A stretch of 64,000 nt of DNA from Deltaproteobacteria bacterium (lineage in GTDB: Bacteria > Desulfobacterota > Desulfomonilia > UBA1062). Of this stretch, positions 48,448-57,001 are shown piece after piece (positions within the stretch are counted from its first letter, which is position 1; each line of letters starts with the position of its first letter). The stretch spans positions 21,096 through 85,095 of the forward strand of contig WFSG01000012.1 of the NCBI GenBank assembly GCA_015486075.1, in the 5' to 3' direction. The notes under the pieces are model-generated. The model was not told the origin of the DNA, did no database searches, and worked only from the letters and a program-made list of their open reading frames with translations. The position numbers and the translations under genes were made by a program.

Positions 48448-49086
48448 GTGTCTATGCCTGAATCAACCTTGCAGTCGTTAAGGATTTTAAGGGATCCCTC
48501 TTTCTTTCAGTGGCATTATGCGGTTCTCATTGCATTTGTCGCGTATGTATACGCCAACGAGATAGAGAGGAAAAACTGGGACGTGATCCTGGGTGCACTG
48601 GCCTTTTATGGCCTTGAGTGGTTCCTGGAGATCATGAATGGATTTGTGCTGCATTTTACAGGTTACTCGGCTGTGTGGACAACCACGGGGAGAACCATCT
48701 ACCAGTTGCTGCCAGGCCTTACCCTTGAGATAAGCATGATGTTCGCCGCTGTTGCTGTTATATTCTTGAAGCTGCTTCCTAAAGACAAGCACATGAAGAT
48801 CCTCGGGATCAACAACAGGGTCTTCTTCTGGATAACCAACTCTATATTCATGGTTATAATGGAGTGCATAGTCCACGCGTGGGGATACCTGATCTGGAAC
48901 TACTCATGGTGGAATTTCCCCAATGTATGGCTTATCATATTTATCGGCTATATGCCTTACTTCATGCTGTCTTTCTACGTCCATGACCATCCCAAGATAA
49001 AGGTAAAGATAGCTATAGTCAGCTCCTTATTTACGGTGGATCTTGTGTTATTCCTTGTATTTGCAATCGGACTGAGGTGGATGTAG
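48448..49086 (+). CDS. integral membrane protein, unknown family, paralog A
   Basis: 212 aa with 5-6 predicted TM helices. Conserved motifs are shared with the next gene. Confidence 0.6.
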   Translation: MSMPESTLQSLRILRDPSFFQWHYAVLIAFVAYVYANEIERKNWDVILGALAFYGLEWFLEIMNGFVLHFTGYSAVWTTTGRTIYQLLPGLTLEISMMFAAVAVIFLKLLPKDKHMKILGINNRVFFWITNSIFMVIMECIVHAWGYLIWNYSWWNFPNVWLIIFIGYMPYFMLSFYVHDHPKIKVKIAIVSSLFTVDLVLFLVFAIGLRWM

Positions 49087-49715
49087 CCATGTTACATAAT
49101 CCAGATGCAACACGCGCTGCCCTTGATATACTGAGGAGTGGTAAGCCATTTCAGTGGTACGTTATAACCCTGCTTGCACTCGTGATATATGTATACTTAA
49201 ATGAGGTATCAAAAAAGAATTGGAAGGGTATAGCAGCTGGCCTGTCTCTGTACATGGTACACTGGCATGCTGAGATTGTAAATGCGCTCATACAGCACTT
49301 CACTGGTCATGCCCTGTGGACAGTTCCCTGCGGAACAGCATTCTTGTTGTTAGTGGGCGTGGGTGTTGAGATAAATCTCATGTTTGCTATTGCAGGGCTT
49401 GCCTTTTCAAAGATACTTCCAGAGGACCCGGGAGAGAAGATCCTGGGTGTTAACAATAGGCTATTCTTCGCGTTCTTAAATGCAGCCATATTTGCCATTG
49501 CAGAGATCTTTCTGGTAAAGACACCCACGTTTGTCTGGGTATACCCATGGTGGGGCGCGTTACCCGTATTCTTGACGGTGTATATCCCGTTCTTCGTTGT
49601 ATCCTTCTACTGCTACGACTGCAAGCCAAGGACACAGCTTATAACGATATCGACTATGGCCTTGGTCAACGTTTTAGCTCTGGTGGTATTTGCAGGTATC
49701 TTGAAATGGATATAG
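49077..49715 (+). CDS. integral membrane protein, unknown family, paralog B
   Basis: 212 aa. Colinear with paralog A (FQW.Y...YVY.NE...KNW, FTG, KILG.NNR.FF, SFY..D). The start overlaps the stop of A. Confidence 0.6.
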   Translation: MDVAMLHNPDATRAALDILRSGKPFQWYVITLLALVIYVYLNEVSKKNWKGIAAGLSLYMVHWHAEIVNALIQHFTGHALWTVPCGTAFLLLVGVGVEINLMFAIAGLAFSKILPEDPGEKILGVNNRLFFAFLNAAIFAIAEIFLVKTPTFVWVYPWWGALPVFLTVYIPFFVVSFYCYDCKPRTQLITISTMALVNVLALVVFAGILKWI

Positions 49716-49909
49716 CATGATGATCTGGATACGATACAGCTGTTTTCTAGCGGTATGCTGGGGGCTTAGAACTTAAGATAAGAGGGACTTGATTAAGCCA
49801 AAGAGCGGTTGTAGTGACAGGTCTTGGTATCCTTCATGTTGAAACAGGACCTGAATTGGTGTATTCTAATAAATATTACTTTAGGATACTTGTTTTATAG
49901 GGGGTTGAT

Positions 49910-51694
49910 ATGTCCAAGATAATGGAACCAAGGTCAAAGGCTGGGGATATGTTTTACGATGAGTATTTTTACAAGATCTACAGGAGGATAGGTTATCCAG
50001 AGAAATGGATAGGGGAGGGTAGGTCATATGATCCTTCTGAGTCTTACGTCATCTCGCATCCTAGCTGGTTTGTGGAAGATATACCGGAGATACCAAATGT
50101 CTCCATATACGGTCTTTTTAAAAGGACGGTTGATAACCACCCAGATGAAACAGCCGTGGTTTTTCTCGATAAGAAGATAAGCTATAGGGAGCTGGACAAG
50201 CTGGCACGCAGGTATGCTGCTTTGCTTAAGGATCTAGGGATAAAGAAAGGAGAAGTGGTCTCTGCCATGCTTCCGAACTCGTTGCAACACTGGGTAGCAT
50301 TCTACGGTGCAGCAAAACTGGGCGCCATACACAATCCTATAAACGTAATGTATCAGACAGACGAGGTGGCTTATCAGGTGGATGACTCAGGCGCAAGGGT
50401 TGTGCTTGCACTGGATCTTCTTTATGACAAGCTGAGACCGCTCAAGGAAAAAGGAATTCTTGAGAATATAATAGTCACAAACATAAAAGACTTTGCAGCA
50501 CCTAATGCATTTATACCAGCTGCAATAAAGCCACTTTGGGATATACCCAAGCAAAAGATAGAAGGAGCGCTTGACCTGTTCGATACCATGGAGAAATATG
50601 AGCCCCTTGAAGAAGACGTTGAATGCAGTCCGAGAGACGACACCGCGTTGTTGTTGTATACCGCTGGAACAACAGGCAGGTCAAAGGGTGTGATAGAGAC
50701 GCACTTTAACCTTGTCTTCAACTCTCTTTCCCATGTCCATGCTGCAAGGATATTTGACGACAGGATAGTTAATTATTCCATCATGCCGATGTTCCATACG
50801 GCAGGCTATTTTCTCTACACGCTTCCCACGTTTTACCAGGGAGGGACTGTTATCCCAATACCTATGTTTGACCTTGAGTATACATACAAGATAATACAGG
50901 ATTATGGTGTAAACGTGCTTTTTGCCCCTCCAACCCTGTTTATTGCCTTGATGTCCAACAAGGAGTTCCTGGAGAAGTATGATATAAGCAGTCTGAAGCT
51001 CACGATAGGTTGCGGGGCACCTGTTCCACTTGCCGTACAGAAGCAATGGGATGACCTCTCAGGCATCAGCCTTACCAATGGCTGGGGTATGACAGAGACA
51101 AACAGCGGTGGTACTATATCCATTCCAGGAAGAAAGGAAAAGCTGGACTCCATAGGTATACCTGTATATTCCGAGGTTAAGATAGTTGATGACAAGGGCA
51201 ACATAGTGCCAAGGGGTGAGCAAGGAGAAATACTTTACAGGGGCCTGCAGGTTGCAAAGGGTTACCTAAACAAACCAGAGGAAACGAAGAAAACCTTCCA
51301 GGCAGATGGCTGGCTCAGGACAGGTGACAGGGGATACGTGGATGAAGAGGATTTTGTATACTTCGTTGACAGGGTAAAGGATCTTATTATTGCATCGGGT
51401 TATAACATAGCTCCCGTGGAGGTGGAGGATGTAATCTACGAGCACCCCGGCGTCTCAGAGGTAGCTGTGATAGGAATTCCCCACGAGTACAGGGGTGAGA
51501 CCGTGAAGGCCTTTGTTGTCTTAAAGGATCACGCCAAGGGAAAGGTCACGGAGCAGGATATCATAGAACATTGCCGAAAAAGGCTTGCTACGTTCAAGGT
51601 GCCCCGGATAGTAGAATTCAAGGACACACTTCCAAAGAGTGCTGTGGGCAAGGTGTTGAGGAGGGTACTGAAAGAAGAGGAGTTGTCCAAGTAA
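49910..51694 (+). CDS. long-chain fatty-acid--CoA ligase (AMP-binding)
   Basis: LLYTAGTTGRSKGV (A3), GWGMTET, YRTGDRGY and the C-terminal PKSAVGKV motif. Confidence 0.85.
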   Translation: MSKIMEPRSKAGDMFYDEYFYKIYRRIGYPEKWIGEGRSYDPSESYVISHPSWFVEDIPEIPNVSIYGLFKRTVDNHPDETAVVFLDKKISYRELDKLARRYAALLKDLGIKKGEVVSAMLPNSLQHWVAFYGAAKLGAIHNPINVMYQTDEVAYQVDDSGARVVLALDLLYDKLRPLKEKGILENIIVTNIKDFAAPNAFIPAAIKPLWDIPKQKIEGALDLFDTMEKYEPLEEDVECSPRDDTALLLYTAGTTGRSKGVIETHFNLVFNSLSHVHAARIFDDRIVNYSIMPMFHTAGYFLYTLPTFYQGGTVIPIPMFDLEYTYKIIQDYGVNVLFAPPTLFIALMSNKEFLEKYDISSLKLTIGCGAPVPLAVQKQWDDLSGISLTNGWGMTETNSGGTISIPGRKEKLDSIGIPVYSEVKIVDDKGNIVPRGEQGEILYRGLQVAKGYLNKPEETKKTFQADGWLRTGDRGYVDEEDFVYFVDRVKDLIIASGYNIAPVEVEDVIYEHPGVSEVAVIGIPHEYRGETVKAFVVLKDHAKGKVTEQDIIEHCRKRLATFKVPRIVEFKDTLPKSAVGKVLRRVLKEEELSK

Positions 51695-51768
51695 AGATTT
51701 CAAACCTGTCTAGGGGGTAAGCTGTATATGCTTGCCCCCTAGACCTGACATAAGGAGGGTAAGACCAC

Positions 51769-52914
51769 TTACCTGAGATAGTGCGCTATAATGAGTTTTT
51801 GAACCTCGGTCGTACCTGCTCCGATGGGAAAGACCTTGGCATCCCTCATATACCTCTCAACCGGGAACTCCTTCATGTACCCGTAACCGCCCAGTAAGTG
51901 AACTGCTTCAGACGTAACCCTTGTGGCCATCTCGCACGCGTAAAACTTGCTCTGGGCGGCAAGCATCCTTGCCTCCCTGAACCTACCCTGGTCCCAGGAA
52001 GTTATACCCTTGTAGGTAAGTAGCCTTGATGCCTCGATCTCTACCAGCATTGTTGCAAGCTTGTCCTGCACCATCTCAAAGTTGAATATTGGCTGGCCAA
52101 ATTGTTGCCTTTCCTTGGAATACTTGAGCGCAAAGTCAAAGGCAGCCTGAGCTATTCCTATGGCGAGGGAGCTCCACATGAATCTCTCAATGTCCAGGCC
52201 TGAGAACATCTGCTTAAGGCCTTTGCCTTCGATGCCACCTAGGAGGTTCTCTTCAGGTACATGGCAGTCCTCTAGTACTATCTCGCCTGTAGGGGACGAA
52301 CGAAGGCCCATCTTTGATAGTTTCCTTCCCCTGTGGTAGCCCGGGAAATCCTTTTCCACTATGAAGGTGCATAGCCCACCTGTACCAAGGTCAGGATCAA
52401 TGGTTGCATAAATAAGTGCTATGTCAGCGATGGGTGCGTTTGATATGAATGTCTTTGTTCCGTTCAGGATGTATTCAGTACCCTGTTTTCTGGCCCTTGT
52501 CCTGATAGATGTGGCATCAGAACCTGCGCCTGGCTCCGTGAGCCCCATGCACCCTTTTTTTTCTCCAGATGCTAGGAGTGGCAGGTATTTTTTCTTTTGT
52601 TCCTCGGTACCGTTACGCGCTATGTTGTTTGCGCAAAGTAGTCCGTGGGCACCGTACACAGTCGCAACGCCCGCATCTACCTTTCCTATCTCTTCACCCA
52701 TGAGCCCGAAGGACAGGTAGTCCGTTAGCATGCCGCCGTGTTCAGATGGCACACCCATTCCGAGGAAACCAAGCGGTTTTGCCTTCTCCCAGAGATCATC
52801 GGCGAATTTCTCTTCCCTATCCATTTCTTCTGTGAGTGGTAGTATCTCCTTTTCACTGAATCTACGCACGGTTTCCTTGAGCATCTTCTGCTCTTCAGTA
52901 AGCTCGAAATCCAT
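51769..52914 (-). CDS. acyl-CoA dehydrogenase
   Basis: Full ACAD three-domain pattern: C-terminal catalytic Glu region (GGYGYMKEFPVERYMRDAK) and FAD-binding motifs. Confidence 0.9.
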   Translation of the reverse strand: MDFELTEEQKMLKETVRRFSEKEILPLTEEMDREEKFADDLWEKAKPLGFLGMGVPSEHGGMLTDYLSFGLMGEEIGKVDAGVATVYGAHGLLCANNIARNGTEEQKKKYLPLLASGEKKGCMGLTEPGAGSDATSIRTRARKQGTEYILNGTKTFISNAPIADIALIYATIDPDLGTGGLCTFIVEKDFPGYHRGRKLSKMGLRSSPTGEIVLEDCHVPEENLLGGIEGKGLKQMFSGLDIERFMWSSLAIGIAQAAFDFALKYSKERQQFGQPIFNFEMVQDKLATMLVEIEASRLLTYKGITSWDQGRFREARMLAAQSKFYACEMATRVTSEAVHLLGGYGYMKEFPVERYMRDAKVFPIGAGTTEVQKLIIAHYLR

Positions 52915-53071
52915 TCTTTATCCCCCTGTTTATCATTTTCTTTTATATATCAATATCATCTGTTTGATAGGCTGTATGCTAACTTGCGTACTTTTATATA
53001 GCATGAAGACCCGCAACACCCTTATAATTGGATATTAAAACTATATACCTCTCTGATATACAATATGACAA

Positions 53072-53085
53072 ATTGACTTGTCAAT
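53072..53085. promoter_or_regulatory. 6-2-6 inverted repeat in the acyl-CoA dehydrogenase / lipoprotein intergenic region
   Basis: ATTGAC-tt-GTCAAT sits in an AT-rich 450-bp divergent spacer, about 160 bp upstream of the ACAD start. Confidence 0.35.
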
Positions 53086-53365
53086 CAAAACACTGATGAA
53101 AGACGCATCTCAGTATTATCTTAAATTAGTGGAGGCCTTGGATGGGAAGAGCGAGATACAGATGCTGAAATAGAAGATATAAAGTATAAAGAATCTTACA
53201 TTCGGAAATCTGAACGTCCAAGTGACTTGAAAAGATAAGGATGATCTGGTAACATTATCAGAACTTTCTAGGTGCGCTAGGCCTGCCTGAGAGGGCCGGG
53301 TAGATGTTAGGTCCATGTTTGTCTTAATTGAGGTATCAAGCCTGGATATAGGGAGGTAGTTTTCT

Positions 53366-54976
53366 ATGGGCAGAAGAAGCAGGTTATTCGGCATATTAAA
53401 TGTAAGGGCCCCTGCAGTACTTGTGGTGTTTATGACATCCATGGTATTTCTGGTTTCAACTGCCTGTACCACGCACAAGGTTATCAAAAGCAAGCTCCTG
53501 GCCAAGACTGGCATCGTAACGAGAACTGGGAATGGCCCAGTAGATGATGGTAACGAGCCGCCAAGGAACCCTTACCTTGCGGATTCTTACTGGCCCATGA
53601 CGCACAAGAATTCTTATTGCCAGGCATCGTCCCCTTTTCCTGGGCCACTGGGACTAGAAGATGCAAGGTTTGACTTCAGAAGGGGATACAGGGCTATTGG
53701 TGGCCTTATCACAATAGCGTTCTCACATCCCTATGCAGATGGCAGGGTGGTCATATGGGGTAGTGCGGTTAACTGTATTTTCAAGGCATATCCTGCTAGG
53801 GACGGGATTCGCATTATAGACCTGGTAAAGAAGAAGCATTCGCACAGGTTCTCGATAAAGGAAGGTATCTCGGGCGCTTACACCATAGTGGACAAGGATA
53901 ACACGTTCTTTGTGCCAAGGCTTAAGAAGATCTACGCTTACGCGGACTCAGTAGAAGGTGACCCAGACTCGAGAATTGTCCAAAAGGGCATTTTTACTAT
54001 ACCAGAAGGCTACCTAAGGGGCAAGGATGATTACGTCGTTGGTCTTAATATGACCTACGATGGGATGCTTGCCTTTGCCACGAGTCACGGTACTGTAGGG
54101 GTTGTATCCAGGTCTTTTGATCGGGCATATTACTATCACTGCCCGGCTGGAGAAGAGATATCCAACTCCATTGCATGCGACGAGGATGGTGGCATATATG
54201 TTGTTACGAGCAAGCATATGTACAGGGTGCAGTGGACAGGCAATAGGTTGAGCACAGATGGGAAAGACAAGGGTTGGGTTGCCAACTACGATACAGGCAG
54301 CAACATAGAAGGCATAAGGCTTGGCCAGGGATCTGGTTCTACCCCAACGCTTATGGGTGCTGGTAGACAGGACAGGTTCGTTGTTATAACGGATGGACAG
54401 AGATTGATGAACATTGTGTTGTTCTGGCGGGACAGGATACCTGATGACTGGGTGCAGATACCCGGCACAAAAGACCGCCGCATAGCAGCTCAGGTACCGG
54501 TGACATTCGGTAATCCTGATGCCATTCAGTCATCATCCGAACAGTCAGTCTGTGTCAGGGGTTATGGGGCATTGGTGGTCAACAATCAGCTCAAGACAAA
54601 GACTAGAAACCGCATAATTAACATCTTAAGGTCGGGAAATCCTGGTATTGCCCCATACGGGGCTGAAAAGTTCGAGTGGGATCCAAAGGCCAGGGAACTT
54701 AAGCCCGTATGGGCAAATATAAAGGTGAGTCTGCCGAACGGAATACCATGCATGAGTGCAGCCACCAACCTTGTTTACGATGTGGGCCAGAGGGACGGTG
54801 TTTGGACATGGGAAGCCATAGATTGGAACACGGGGAAGTCAGTGTTCTACTACAAGCTGGGAGGCCATTTCTGGTACAACAGCGGATGGGCAGGTACAGA
54901 GATAGGACCAGGTAGGAGCCTGTTTTCTGGAACGGTTCTCGGGATGATGCGACTTGAACCGATACATGAGCAGTAA
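53366..54976 (+). CDS. large lipoprotein / secreted protein of unknown function
   Basis: Signal peptide ending in the lipobox-like LVSTAC. 536 aa, beta-rich, with no recognised motif. Confidence 0.55.
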   Translation: MGRRSRLFGILNVRAPAVLVVFMTSMVFLVSTACTTHKVIKSKLLAKTGIVTRTGNGPVDDGNEPPRNPYLADSYWPMTHKNSYCQASSPFPGPLGLEDARFDFRRGYRAIGGLITIAFSHPYADGRVVIWGSAVNCIFKAYPARDGIRIIDLVKKKHSHRFSIKEGISGAYTIVDKDNTFFVPRLKKIYAYADSVEGDPDSRIVQKGIFTIPEGYLRGKDDYVVGLNMTYDGMLAFATSHGTVGVVSRSFDRAYYYHCPAGEEISNSIACDEDGGIYVVTSKHMYRVQWTGNRLSTDGKDKGWVANYDTGSNIEGIRLGQGSGSTPTLMGAGRQDRFVVITDGQRLMNIVLFWRDRIPDDWVQIPGTKDRRIAAQVPVTFGNPDAIQSSSEQSVCVRGYGALVVNNQLKTKTRNRIINILRSGNPGIAPYGAEKFEWDPKARELKPVWANIKVSLPNGIPCMSAATNLVYDVGQRDGVWTWEAIDWNTGKSVFYYKLGGHFWYNSGWAGTEIGPGRSLFSGTVLGMMRLEPIHEQ

Positions 54977-55128
54977 TATTAACGCCTTAAGACAGGACAT
55001 GCGCTAAGGCGACTGTCCTTGGCAAGGATCTGTATTATGTTGTAACAGGGGGTCAAAGGAGCTATAATGTAATTATTAAGTACTCTGGATAACTAAACGA
55101 TAAGAAGTGTTAGGTAAAGGAGAAATAA

Positions 55129-55428
55129 ATGGCTGGCCCTTCTGACATATCTGCTATCCTGTCCCAGGCAGGGAGGATTGAAAAGGTTAACCAGAGTCCT
55201 TTTGCGCAATCTGAAGTCACCAAGCAGATTCTTACAGAGCAGGAAGCCAGGGAACGTATGCGTATGAGCAGGGAGGTAAATGCACCCAAGAAAACGGATG
55301 AGATTGCAGTGAGAGAACGCGGGGAAAAGAAAGGACATGAACAGCCGAAACACAGGGATAATTCTGAGGGCAAAGAGGGCAAGGAAAAGAAAGAAGGCAA
55401 AGAGCATATTATTGACGTGGTGATATAG
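55129..55428 (+). CDS. small hydrophilic protein with a Lys/Glu-rich tail
   Basis: 99 aa. RBS AGGAGA before the ATG. C-terminal EGKEGKEKKEGKE low-complexity tail. Confidence 0.4.
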   Translation: MAGPSDISAILSQAGRIEKVNQSPFAQSEVTKQILTEQEARERMRMSREVNAPKKTDEIAVRERGEKKGHEQPKHRDNSEGKEGKEKKEGKEHIIDVVI

Positions 55429-55430
55429 CC

Positions 55431-55853
55431 TTGGATGCAACCAGAACCCTACTTATAGCCCAGATCGTTGTACAGCTAGCCTTTCTAGTGCTTGTGGTCA
55501 TACTTGTATTAAGAGAAAGGCGCGTAAAAGTACCCCTTGATACGCTTGATGCGTTAAAGCAGGTCATATCGGAATCGAGGACGTTATCAGAGGAATTCTC
55601 CACCCAGGTAACGGAAAAGGTCAAGATACTGTCCAGCCTGATGGAAGAGGTTGAAGCGAGAATAAAGCAGGCAGGTGACGTAAAGGCAAGGATGGAAGAG
55701 CTTATAGACAGGGTATCCAGCACCAGGACATATACCAAAGATGACGTTCTGAAACTGCACAAGGGTGGTTTCGAGATCGAGGATATATCCAGTATTACCG
55801 GCATACCGGTTGGCGAGATACAGTTGATGCTGAAGGTTTCAAGAAAAGGGTAG
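55431..55853 (+). CDS. single-pass membrane protein with a coiled-coil and a C-terminal HTH-like segment
   Basis: N-terminal TM helix LLIAQIVVQLAFLVLVVILVL, a central coiled-coil and the C-terminal GGFEIEDISSITGIPVGEIQLML. Tightly packed against the neighbouring genes. Confidence 0.5.
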   Translation: MDATRTLLIAQIVVQLAFLVLVVILVLRERRVKVPLDTLDALKQVISESRTLSEEFSTQVTEKVKILSSLMEEVEARIKQAGDVKARMEELIDRVSSTRTYTKDDVLKLHKGGFEIEDISSITGIPVGEIQLMLKVSRKG

Positions 55854-55862
55854 GATTGGTAT

Positions 55863-56648
55863 ATGGTGGATGGTATCAACGCCGGTGTTCTGGAGAATGC
55901 AATTACCCTTGAGACTAGGATCCCTTCTCTTTTCGTTGGTAGACGACTTGTCGTAACAGTTCTTTCGAACACCAAGGATGGAAGGGTTTTAGTCTCCATG
56001 TTCGGTAAGAAGTTCTATGTAGAGACAAGTCTCAACCTTGCGAAAGGTCAGGTATTGCATCTAAAGGTGCATGCGACAAGGCCAAGGATAGTACTGAAGC
56101 CAGTTGTGCATTCAAAAGCTGATCCCTCCTTTTCCCCAAGTGAAGTGGACACCCTTATAGATAGATTGGTGGGTTCGTTTGGCAATACAGATATAAGGGA
56201 GTTTGATGTAAAGAGGATCTTGGAGCATGTATTGCAGGAGACAAGGCATGATTCTGAGACTCAGGGCCTCGTTCATGTACTACTAAAGGATTTATCAGCC
56301 TTTGCCGGTGCTGTCTCCATTCTCTACATACCTTTCTTTGTTGACAAAGATTCAGGTGGGCGGGCCAGGGTCTCCATACATAAGGATGGGGACGAATCCT
56401 ATGCCATAAACTTCGACGTAGACATGGATTACCTAGGCAGGATCAGGTGCACGGCAAGGATTAAAGATGGCCTTGATGTAGAGATTGTATCTTCTTCTAA
56501 TGACGTTGTAGACTTCTTGAGATCACATGCAAGAGACCTGGGAGATAAACTCATGGATATGGGCCTTAGTCTAAAGAGGCTCGAGATAATGCAGGCAGCC
56601 TTGCCTTATCAAGGGGATGCCGGCTCTGGAATGGACGTCGTTGTATGA
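55863..56648 (+). CDS. FliK-like (flagellar hook-length control, Flg_hook C-terminal domain) protein
   Basis: The C-terminal segment LGRIRCTARIKDGLDVEIVSSSNDVVDFLRSHARDLGDKLMDMGLSLKRLEI fits the Flg_hook pattern. Confidence 0.5.
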   Translation: MVDGINAGVLENAITLETRIPSLFVGRRLVVTVLSNTKDGRVLVSMFGKKFYVETSLNLAKGQVLHLKVHATRPRIVLKPVVHSKADPSFSPSEVDTLIDRLVGSFGNTDIREFDVKRILEHVLQETRHDSETQGLVHVLLKDLSAFAGAVSILYIPFFVDKDSGGRARVSIHKDGDESYAINFDVDMDYLGRIRCTARIKDGLDVEIVSSSNDVVDFLRSHARDLGDKLMDMGLSLKRLEIMQAALPYQGDAGSGMDVVV

Positions 56649-56944
56649 ATAATAAAAAGCACAATGATACAAGTAAGCCAGACAAGGCAGTTGCCCTTGG
56701 CTATGTAAGGGGTAAAGATGCTGCACCAAGGGTAAAGGCAAAGGGTAGGGGGAAACTAGCCGAGAGGATACTTGCCATTGCTAGGGCTAGCGGTATTCCT
56801 ATAAAGGAGGATAAGGCCCTAGTAGATGCCCTCTATAGATTGGATATCAACGAAGAGATACCTGAGGCACTTTACCGGGTGGTTGCCGAGATACTTGCCT
56901 TTATCTATCGTATGAACAATCTTGCCCGTGGTGAAGGTATATAA
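56645..56944 (+). CDS. FlhB C-terminal-domain homolog (EscU/YscU/FlhB-like small protein, YlqH-type)
   Basis: ALGYVRGKDAAPRVKAKGRGKLAERILAIARASGIPIKEDKALVDALYRLDINEEIPEALYRVVAEILAFIY matches the FlhB autocleavage-domain family, but the NPTH site is not evident. 99 aa. Overlaps the upstream gene by 4 bp. Confidence 0.65.
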   Translation: MNNKKHNDTSKPDKAVALGYVRGKDAAPRVKAKGRGKLAERILAIARASGIPIKEDKALVDALYRLDINEEIPEALYRVVAEILAFIYRMNNLARGEGI

Positions 56945-56947
56945 GAA

Positions 56948-56985
56948 AGGGATACCAGGGATAGTTAATATCCCTGGTATCCCTT
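56948..56985. terminator. bidirectional intrinsic terminator hairpin between convergent operons
   Basis: Perfect inverted repeat GGGATACCAGGGATA-gttaat-TATCCCTGGTATCCC, lying between the stop at 56944 (+) and the stop at 57002 (-). Confidence 0.7.
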
Positions 56986-57001
56986 CATGTTTAAACAACC
57001 T

